NCBI GenBank assembly: GCA_037834085.1
Contig: JBBMKC010202825.1
Location: 1 to 35,694, forward strand
DNA: 35,694 bases
Reading direction: 5' to 3'
Source of the DNA: Bipalium vagum
Taxonomy: Eukaryota
This document shows positions 25,455 to 35,694 of the stretch, one piece after another. How positions within the stretch are numbered: position 1 is the stretch's first letter; each line of letters opens with the position of its first letter. The notes under the pieces were generated by a model that was given only the letters and a program-made list of their open reading frames with translations, was not told the DNA's origin and made no database searches. The position numbers were made by a program, and so were the translations under genes.

Positions 25455-26000
25455 AAAAGAATGTTCCATCAAACTCATAAGATATTTTTATCCACGGATA
25501 TTAGGCTTACAATTTTTCTCGGTGGTTCTACAGTGGAAAGTCATTGTTTTCTCATAACTATGCTGTCAGGTGTAATCCATTTCTCCTTCGCTGTTATGAT
25601 TCTTTTTATGACGGTTTAATTGTATATTGCATAACGAAGATCTTAGAGATTTGTTTGAATCACTGAGATTATGAGGTATTTTACGGTAATGCACGAACTT
25701 CACGATGGATTTAAAATGCAGCTGAATTGATGTATATGTTTTTTGTGAAATTTTCTCAATTGTTTGAGTAGAATCTTCTTTCACAACAGCCCTAATTTAT
25801 CTTCACCAAATTGACCTGCACGACCACTTCTTGGGTCATTTTGAAGGTCAAAATGTACTTTGTCAAATCAGTTAAACCATCACTACCGTTTACGAATTTT
25901 TAGGGAATCCGGATAGATTTCATTGATATTTGTAGTTGATGTCCTATTACAATTATTTAATAGTAATATTTATATGTAACAAGTATATCTGGTTAAATTT
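25455..26000 (-). mobile_element. Decayed mariner 5' half
   Basis: FDLQNDPRSGR, VKEDSTQTIEKI, KIPHNLSDSNKSLRSSLC, KPNIRG. Confidence 0.82.
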
Positions 26001-29000
26001 GGATCTTCTGATAAAAAAGAAATTACTTATGGGTACTTGAAGTTTAATCAACATCAAAAGTTCAAATAATATTTTCATGTAGTTTTAATTAGTTTCCAAA
26101 ATTGAGCATTTTTTCAAAAAAATTAAATAAAACGGATAAATATTACTGATCACAATCTACTACCTGAATTGTTTTAAACTAGCTACCTAAGACTCGATCA
26201 CAAAAGAAATATATCATAAACTTGATATCTTTTCCTCTTTAAACAGACCTGATAAATTTAATTTTATTAATGTTTGAAGAAAATTTAACATTTTTTATCT
26301 AAATTTGAAATCTGAGTATATTTTTAATTCACTTAACCCAAAAGAATTTTGAAAATTTTCTGAAATTTTACGTCTCGGTTGGGTACGTTGTCGATTTATT
26401 GACCACTGTAATGGAAAGTATTTGTCAAACTAAAATGTTATTAAATTAAAAATAATTGAAAATTTTAATTAAATGTTGCCAAGAACATAAATATTTATCC
26501 AGTTCCAATTTAATCTCTCAATATTTCTTAAAATCCAATCATTAATATCTTTTGTTAAAATTTATTAGATAACAAATTTGACCACATACAGTCTCACGTC
26601 TATATGCACAATACAAAATTATTATCATGATTCTAAAATAAGAAATCTCTATTTTCCTTTGTGCTCAATTCATTTAACCCATTGGTAAAGCTACACTTTA
26701 TCTAAATGTCCTATTTTAAAGTTCTTTGTGTTTTTGGTTACCTAATGGTACTAAAAAACTAAAAGATTTTTTAAAAATAATTCCTTTCTTTTTTCGTGCG
26801 GAATCTTTTTAATTTTTTTATTTTTCGGATAACTAATAATATAAAAATTGTTTTATTGATTTTCATTTTTTCCGCAAATCAGTCCATCTTCACTTTGAGC
26901 AATATATCCAATTTTATTGAAGACATGCAAATAAGATTAATAATCACATTCGAGTTTCGTGAAGCTTAATTATATTATTTAACACATTCCTATCACTTAC
27001 TTTTCAAATAATATTGCCAGTTTTAATACAAATTTGAATATTTAAAGACCACTTAAGTTTTGTTTTCATTTCTTTGCTAATATGATGATTTCGACAAAAC
27101 AATTTTTGGTTTGTTTTTTATAATAGGATAATTTAACAAGAAAACCAAAATAAAATTATAAAACATTTAAATAAAGTAATTTAGCTCGGATATGTTTCCG
27201 AAGCGTTGCAAGATACTTTTATTAGATAATAAAAGATAGATAAATAAGAAATCATTTTTTTAAAAAATTGGTTGTTTTAGATTTCAGTTACCATGACTTA
27301 TCGGAAAACAAATAAATTTTTTAAGGACAATCGTTACAAAAAAGAAATTTTTTTATTGTTTCAATTTTTAGTACAATTAGGTAACGAAAAACAAAATTTA
27401 AAACAAGATCGTTAGGTTAAGTGAATTTTTTCCAAGCTATTCACTTTAGGCTATCTCCATATTCATTTGAATTTCAACGAAAGCGAATCAATTGTACTTA
27501 TTAAAACAATTAATTTGAATTATCAAATTTTTTAAAGGTCTACGATTATTCAAATTATTTACCACTGCAAATTTCATTCTATCAAAAAATTTTATAATTG
27601 ATACTCAACCTATGAATTTAAGGCAGATATTTTCATAATTATAAATTATTTTTGTAATTATATTTAAGCTTGATCAAACACTTATCCTTAATAACGTTCT
27701 AACTTTTAAAATCTTAGCTTATGGCTTTCTGAACAAATTATAACGAAAGGAGTTGAAACAAGTAATTATTCTTCACCATAATGTGTAAAAGTTATTAGGC
27801 AAGATCTGTGGAAAACTCAGGTTTTACAATATAAAACTTTAAAATTAAATTTCGGAAAAATTCCAGATTTTAGGAATACTTTGTAGTTATAACAATACTC
27901 CATAATTGACATAAGAGTATTATTATAAAAGAATGTTATTGAAAGTTAGTTTCTAAGTAAATATAAGAAGGAATGGTTTATTGGTAAAAGTATTTTCAAT
28001 TGATAATGTTTCGTTTTTATAATTCGGTACCTTCTACCAAATATTAAACATTAATTAGTAAGAATTAAGAATGTACAAAGGTTCATTTAATACCTTTCTG
28101 AAATCAATTAATCTAAAAAGAATTTCGAGGAATGTTTTTGGAAAGAAAAGTTTATTTATTTTAAATTATATTAGTAATATAATAATTATTAATAATAATA
28201 TTATAATTACATAATACATTAATTAATTAATAATAAATTCAATTTCGTGATTAAGAAAAGGTTAATATTATAAATGAAGGAATAACTTGGAACTTTGAAA
28301 GGTAACAGTAAAATTGAAAACGAAGATAGGTCAAATATTAAACATTTACATATCAAAACATATATATTAAATATTGAATGAAAAATTAAAACAAATTATT
28401 AAAAATACAATTTCTAACCAATAGAAATTTATTTTCGGCCTGTAAAAGAATGGGTCAGAAAAGGCAATACATTTAGGGAAAATTAAATTAACTTCAAAAT
28501 AATTAAAAATTTTAAATAAAATTTATTTTTACAAAGATCCCTAAATTGTCAATTCACATAACAAAAAACACCGTCTCCAAACCACCGGTGATGCAATTAG
28601 CAGAAATATATCATTGAAAGTTTGATAAAAGTATTGATATTCACTGATGTATAAATTTCTGAATTATTCATTTTATAGAGGCATTATACTTTTTTATAAT
28701 AGGTATAATAGGTATAATTTTATTGTACTTTTCAAATGAGATAATAAATGGAAACGGTGTCATACAAATGATTTTATGACAAAGGATTTCAATGAAAATT
28801 GATCTAATAAGTCTAAAATTAAAATCGTCGTTCCTATAGCATTGTGTTACTTTTTGACTAATACTATCCATTGTTATTTTTAAATTATAATTGTTATAAA
28901 TATAAAATATTAATAAAATAGAATAAATGAATTTTATCTGATTTTAACCAATAAACAAATCGAGACATATTTTGCTTTTTAAAGGATTTTTCATGATCGT

Positions 29001-29019
29001 ATTTATTTTAGACAACAAT

Positions 29020-29465
29020 TCAATGAAACAATATAGAAATATCAAATTTTGTGTTAAGTTGTATAAAATACCAATGAGATATTAAAACAGTTTTTCTAGA
29101 GATGTCTAGATTCGAGAAAATGAAAGTGAAACGTATCACTCCTAACTTATCATTCATCAAGAATTGGTTCCAGACGGTTAACAGGTAACGAAGAATGTTG
29201 CTCTGGTGTAATGTAATGGAAAAGAATTAATCGAGTTCATCCCAAATATCTTGAGAAGGAGTTATTGTTGTTTTTTTATAACATAAAATACGTGGACAAT
29301 ATATGTGAATTTTTTTGCAGAAAAAGAATTACGCTTTTCTTATTTATTCATCAGATTTGGCACCTTGTGATTTCTGACTATTCCTAAAACTTAAATTTCC
29401 TATGAAAAGAAAACATTACGATACCATTCACGACGTTCAAAATATAATAACAACGATTTTGTGAC
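29020..29465 (+). mobile_element. Internally deleted mariner (vertumnana/irritans-like)
   Basis: QYRNIKFCVKL, IIHQELVPDG, YSSDLAPCDF*LFLKLKFPMKRKHYDTIHDVQ (YSPDLAPxD motif). Confidence 0.88.
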
Positions 29466-29735
29466 AAACTATCATCTTTACTTTGAAATATTTTATAATG
29501 ACTTCCAAAGCTGTTTTGAATCCCGAGGAATATATTTTGAGTAAATGTATCTAAGTATATTTTGTGCTCATGCATGGGATTTGTAATTAATACTATTCTC
29601 AACTTTCATATCTGATTATTTGACACTAGCTTAATATTTTACAACTCCTCTGTCGGTGATTTACATTTTTCCCTGTTTAAAGTAATCTTTGTAAGCTGGA
29701 AAATCATTAATCAATTGTCTTAACTAATATATTTT

Positions 29736-30350
29736 ATGGATTTATCTGAATTGCACATCGTTACGTATAATTTCTTGTGTGACATAACGGAATACTATAC
29801 TGATCGAAACATTAATAGTGTATTTGGATGCAGTTTTACCTCACAGCAGACAATATCAAATTGGTTCACCAATTTTCGAACAGGTAAATTTGACCTCACA
29901 AATGAACCATATGGTCTCCGTTGAGGTTAACCTACGAATGTTTAGTGGTCTAGAATATGTGTGGTTCATTATTATTATTCATTAAATTAAATTCATTAAA
30001 CAGAAATATACTATAACCAAAAGGTCGAAATGCTGCTAAGATGTAACGAAAAAAGCACCAGGTTAGTCAAAATTAAAACTAACCTATTTCATGATAACGC
30101 TAGGCCCACACTTCTCAAATGACTGAGAAAACGTATAAGAATTGGAATTTGAAATTTTTAATTATCAAACAAATCATTTGGACAATTTTAGATTAGGATA
30201 AAAATACAATTCCGACAATTATAAAACCTGATCTTCCAGGAATCCATGGACTCTCGTCCACCAGGTATTAATATAACTGGCCTGAGCAAACTACCCCTTA
30301 AATGACAGACGTGTGTAGAAAATAGGTAATGTGAGTACTTTCACGAGTAA
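29736..30350 (+). mobile_element. Internally deleted mariner (cecropia-like)
   Basis: RNINSVFG...TISNWFTNFRTGKFDLTNEP, LFHDNARP, DSRPPG...GLSKLPLK*QTCV. Confidence 0.88.
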
Positions 30351-31210
30351 AAAAATCTTTTTATTTGTAATTTACCAATAAACTTAGTATTTCATTTTAA
30401 ATATTTCATATTTGACAGACTTAAATCTCTTATGTTACGAATCATTTTTACACTAATTACGTTTCCCATGAGATACACCTTTGTATTACTTTAAAATAAA
30501 ATTATCTCCATTTCTGTAAGAGAGAAAACAATAAACAAAATGCTTTTAGAAAACATAATTAATAAATCCCCAATGACCATAACAGTAGAATATACAAAAG
30601 GGAATCTCGTAATGTTTCAAAACAACAATATCTCATGAAATATCTATTTCTAAATATGATAATAAAATCTTTATTAATTTTGTGAAAGAAAAACTGTTCA
30701 AAGATATTTCAAGTACCGATATATGAATGAATTTTAAAATCTGGTATTAAATTTTGATGTTTCCTTTTCTTTTAACGTCTGTTTCGATATCCGGATTAGG
30801 AATTAAGAATGGAAAACTAAAAATTGTTAGAAAGTTCAATTTGAATTATGAAATAAAATCCTATAGCTCTCTCTTGTTTTAATTGTCTAAAAATAAATTA
30901 TGGATAAATATCAATCGATATTCAGTTTTTGATGGTGAAGATGATTGAAAAATAAGCAAATAAATTAATTTTTAAAAAGAAATCATGAAAAAAATTGCAA
31001 AAATATTTTTAAAATTGAAAGTAACTGAATATGTGTATATTTTGCAAAAATATTTTATTTATTTAAATCTTTATTAAACGTTTATTGCAAATATATAATT
31101 TTGAACATTTCTAATCAGATAACAAATAGAAACAAAATATTTTAGATAAAATTTACAAATATTTTTTTTTATTTATTGATTTTGATAAAAAACAAGAGAT
31201 TTTATTGTAT

Positions 31211-31211
<1 letters not shown>

Positions 31212-31268
<57 letters not shown>
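31212..31268 (+). repeat. (AAT)n microsatellite
   Basis: Long uninterrupted ATAATAATA run. Confidence 0.97.
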
Positions 31269-32335
31269 TTTAATTAATCATTGAAAAGAATCTGCTTCTT
31301 AAACACTGCTTCTATCATGGTGTTTAAGAAGTGTATTTTATTTATTTCTTTAGTGTAAATAATTGATTTTTTGTGAGTCGAAAAAGTGAATTACTAGTCC
31401 ATTGTTTATTTTCAAAAATAAATTTCAATATAAATAAATTTAAATAAAACATAATGTACAAGTGATATGAGCAAACAAAAAGAATAGTTTGTGAAAAGCT
31501 GCACCTTGATATTCAACTGTGTAAAATAATTTTCCTTAGAATTTATTCCAAAACTCCAACACACATGAAACTTCAACTTTAAGTGCCTATGAACATCAAA
31601 GGTTCCTAGTTCATAATTTATTTCGTATACCACTAATCAGAATATTCCAAAAACATTTGAGATCTCTGATAGAGCCTATTTCTACAGATCTCTTTCCAAA
31701 TGTTTTCTAGGGCAGAATTAAGAATTCTACTTCAGGGAAAATCTTAAGAAATTACTTTCCCCACCTTCCTAAATGTAGGTTTCATCAAATTTCGTATGGT
31801 TCTAAATTCTATCTCTATTCTTAATATTGAGATCGTAACGGTTACTAAAACAAACATCGATATTTAATTTACTTGCATGTCATTCATGCTTCTTTTGAGT
31901 CAAATAATTTCGACAATTTACATAGATTGTCCGCAGATTTTCAACTTTCAATACTAAATTATTCATAATTGTCTTTTACTCATCTTATTTACCACTTTTA
32001 ATTAGAAAAGGTATTTATTATATTCGTATCTTATATTAAAACTATTTTTTCAGTCAATGCTTATAATAAAACTAATAATTGTTTTAATATATCAATTTGA
32101 AGCGCATATTTCGCCTTTTTATATTATTCTAAAAGTAAGCAGTTTGATTTGATCATTGAACAACATATTCAGATTTGCATTCTTTATGAATTCAGGCTTC
32201 ACCATAATGTGTGAGAAGCTATTAGAAAATATTAATTTCTCTTGAGACGATGGTTCAACAGATCAACACAAAGATATTTTCAGCATTGAAAATAATGATC
32301 GTCATAGACCGGCTGCTGTCATAACTAATGATCAT

Positions 32336-32366
32336 TTTTTACACTTTTCCAGTGGGCACCCTGTAG
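32336..32366. mobile_element. Isolated Tc1/mariner-type terminal inverted repeat end
   Basis: CACTTTTCCAGTGGGCACCCTG-TA, i.e. TA-CAGGGTG... on the minus strand. No partner TIR found. Confidence 0.45.
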
Positions 32367-32379
32367 TATAGTTGAAAGT

Positions 32380-33040
32380 GATTAGAGAAAATCGGTTAGA
32401 GTACTGCATGAAGAATTGAATATCACCAATTCAACCAGTTCTTCTTTAGTAAAAAAATCGATACCATACCAATCGGGTACCATACCAAGAAAATAAGAAA
32501 GAAAGTAGAAGATTCGAAATTTCTTCTTTGATTAAAATGCTTCATATGTATCTCGAATTGTAATCTGTGACAAAAAATTGGTCTTATATCACAATCAATG
32601 AAGACATGTATCTAACCGAGGCCTTCACCCTAGGAAGCATATGATCACTCTTTGGTGGTCTGTAGCTGGATTAATTAACTATAACTTTTTACATCTGGTG
32701 AGTCTATCATAGCTCAGTCATGCTGCAACAAAGGGGCCTGTTTTGGTGTAGAATAATGAAGAACTGCATGACTCGGAGTTAACGGTAAAAAATGTTTATG
32801 ATACGAACTATAAAGTTTTACCTCATCCAGCTTAATAACCTGGCCTCTAACCATTAGGTTATCATATATTTAACCACATTTATTTCTAAGAGTTCCGGAA
32901 CAAATGTGACTTTTAAAATATCATTCTTAAGTTTTTAGAGTTCAGAAATACTGATTTCCAGGAAAAGAGAATTTATAATTTATTGTCTTGATCTCAGAAA
33001 GCTAATGAGAACAATGAGAACTATTTTGACGAATAAGATG
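32380..33040 (+). mobile_element. Decayed mariner (cecropia/Hsmar1-like)
   Basis: RIVICDKKLVLYHN, LHPRKHMITLWWSVAGLINYNFL, KGPVL, YKVLPHPA**PGL, NYFDE*. Confidence 0.88.
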
Positions 33041-33711
33041 TGTTTCATAGTTCTTTTAAAGTATTGTATAACAAAAAGCTAGGTGGAATATTGAACATAT
33101 AAAGAATTTGAATTAACGCATAGAATTACGTTCAGAGCAAATTATTCTGCAAAAGAATGATATGAAGAAAAATTAAAGTAATCAAATTATACTTATATTT
33201 TAATTTGTTTTTATCTTATTTTTAGTTTTTGATTACGTTTATTTTTATATTTTGAGCTAAGTTTCCCTGTTTAATCAGAAGATGTTAAAATTATTATTGA
33301 TGAAGAATTAAATTTTTAGCAAATTGTTCTTTCTGAAGCCTAAAGAATGATATTTCAAAGTTCTCATGTTGAAGGCATAGACTATGGAGATTTTGTGGTT
33401 TCTTTATAAAATTTCAATTATCTTGCTTTTATCTTTTATCTTTTCTTTAGTATATGGATTATGAATAAAAAATTTTCTTAGTAAAATGAATCTAAATATC
33501 TACGGTCATTTTTAGTTGTATTTTTCTGAAATAGTAACTTGATTGATACAATATTATGGGAGAAACATTATTATGAACATTATTATAAAAGAATAATAAA
33601 CATGTTATTATATTATTATATATTATAATATATTAATGAATAATATATTAATTATAATATATTATATTATTAGATTAATTTAATAATAATAATAATAATA
33701 CAGCACAGTAT

Positions 33712-33783
33712 TTACATGATTTGAACTATGAAGTTTTACCTCATCCAGCTTAATAACCTGACCTCTCACCATCAGTTTAACAT
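33712..33783 (+). mobile_element. Short mariner fragment nearly identical to 32804-32870
   Basis: LHDLNYEVLPHPA**PDLSP. Shares AAGTTTTACCTCATCCAGCTTAATAACCTG with the copy near 32812. Confidence 0.85.
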
Positions 33784-35540
33784 GTGGAAAAAAATTAAGA
33801 ACTAGTTTTGAACAACTTTACTCATAATTATTGGTTATTAATATTTTATTTCACAAAATTATAACTTTAAATTCATTAAATTAATAATATTGATTTATTC
33901 ATAATATTTTATTCTCTATTTAATAAACAAGAAATACAGAATATTTCTATTTATTTTTCTCTAATTTCATTCAAATTTTAGAAAGAGTTAATAATTCAAT
34001 CATTTTACTTAAATTTATAATTTTATTTAATTAATTAAATTAATCAAAATTTAATCAAGTTAATTAAGTTGTTACTAAATCTATGTTTCACTGTAATTAT
34101 AATGATTTATCTATATCAAATTTTATGTTAATATTTTGAAATTATATTAATAAATTATTATTAATATTAACCAATTTGCTACGCTAATGTTATTTTCATT
34201 TGTAAAAGAAATTATTTTGGGATATTATCACATTTTTATTACTTTTTTGAGTGGTACTGAAAATTCTGCGTAAAATTCATTATCTTTCTAAATAGAACTC
34301 GCTATTCTCAAATAACCAAAATACCATAATTTTATTAATATTGTTGCATCAAAAGTTTTTGGTGAAATTATTTTTTTCCAATTAAAATTAGATTCTCTTA
34401 TCTTCAGATGTCTTAAATGACTTTCACTGGTAGAGCAGCTATCGCAATAAAGAGAAAAAATTAACCATTATGCTGTTTTTATATGTAATAATAAATTGAA
34501 GTGCTTTTATATAAACTAAAAATAAAGTTTAATTTGATTTACGGAAATTGATTTCTCCATGATGGGTATCATTTGTAATTAATTTTTTTACCAATTTTAT
34601 GGTTTCTCAGATTCTGATAGAATTTTATAAATTACAGCAGGAAGCTATTTTTATAACTTGTACTTGTTATTATATTACTATGATTTTCATGGAAGAGTAA
34701 ATGACTGTTTTTATTTATCTTCATCTTTTATGGTACACCAATAGTAAGGGTTTTTAGGAATCGGTAATCGGTAGGAAAAAACGTAATCAGGTTCTACATA
34801 TTGCTGATAAAGATTCAGTCATCCTCAAACATTGGGATGGTGATATTAATATTTGTTTTAATTCGTTTTTCAAATTTCCCAGATAAAATAGCTGAAATGA
34901 TTCGTTTTTTATATTGTTGAGATTTAACTTTTGTGAAAAATATTTTGGAAGATAATCAATAGTTTTTCTAAGTTCATTAAATTACTTGGTTGGGTAATTG
35001 AAAAGTCGAAATTAAATTTGATACTTTTTTCAAAAGCTCTTATATTAATTCTGTTGTGAAAATTGGATAATAAAAAAAAATTTCCACAAGTTAATCAGAG
35101 CAAAGGCTTCAAAATTAATGAATTAAAAAATGTGTAAATGATTTAAAATGGCTTTCCGTCAAAGGACACGATAGTTAAATTTAGCCACATTGTTTGAATA
35201 GTGGCAAAAACTGAAATTCTTGACTAATTAGTTACTAATAATTATATAAATATATATCCATTTTTTCTGCAAAATTAGAACAATGAAATCTAATTAAATA
35301 AGGCTAAAGCTTCGTTAAATGAAGACGAGAATTAAATTCGATAATTTCATAATTACCATATCCGACATGAAAATGAGCAGTCCAGGATTCTTATCCGTAT
35401 TTCAGTGATTTCAATTTAATTAATTTTACAATATGGATTTTAATCGTAAATGATTTAATTGAAATTATTAATTTAAAATTGATTTGAAAATGTTTATTGC
35501 CAATCATAATTGTTAATAAATAACATATATGTAAATTTAT

Positions 35541-35691
35541 NNNNNNNNNNNNNNNNNNNNNNNNNNNNNNNNNNNNNNNNNNNNNNNNNNNNNNNNNNNN
35601 NNNNNNNNNNNNNNNNNNNNNNNNNNNNNNNNNNNNNNNNNNNNNNNNNNNNNNNNNNNNNNNNNNNNNNNNNNNNNNNNNNNNNNNNNNN
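35541..35691. other. Assembly gap
   Basis: Run of N. Confidence 1.
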
Positions 35692-35694
35692 ATT

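Noticed and set aside
30-31633. Remaining short AT-rich ORFs (e.g. 30-212, 9205-9420, 17436-17645, 17908-18108, 23538-23759, 28668-28871, 31412-31633)
   Set aside because: I/F/K/N/Y-biased translations typical of random AT-rich DNA, with no motifs.
1-35694. Clustered protocadherin array with multiple variable exons
   Set aside because: Only one cadherin-repeat exon is present, and I saw no DxNDN/LDRE remnants elsewhere in the window.

Overview
Very AT-rich eukaryotic (animal) genomic DNA with (AAT)n microsatellites, very short GT-AG introns and many decayed transposons. The style fits a triclad flatworm, but that is inference only. The one clearly intact gene is a minus-strand protocadherin. 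A single ~2.7-kb exon encodes a signal peptide, 7 cadherin repeats and a TM helix (non-clustered, delta1-like layout). A 45-nt stop-containing intron then joins it in frame to a cytoplasmic exon. The rest of the window is a transposon graveyard: about 8 mariner/Tc1 fossils of several lineages, a DD37E-type Tc1-like element, a Merlin/ISXO2-like transposase, a Penelope-like GIY-YIG remnant, a possible LINE RT remnant, and a mariner MITE nested in a pogo-like MITE. Several unexplained exon-like islands with good splice signals occur on both strands. An assembly gap ends the window. No prokaryotic system, CRISPR array or RNA gene is supported, and I cannot demonstrate a new biological system. The best leads are the protocadherin splicing architecture and the unexplained spliced islands.
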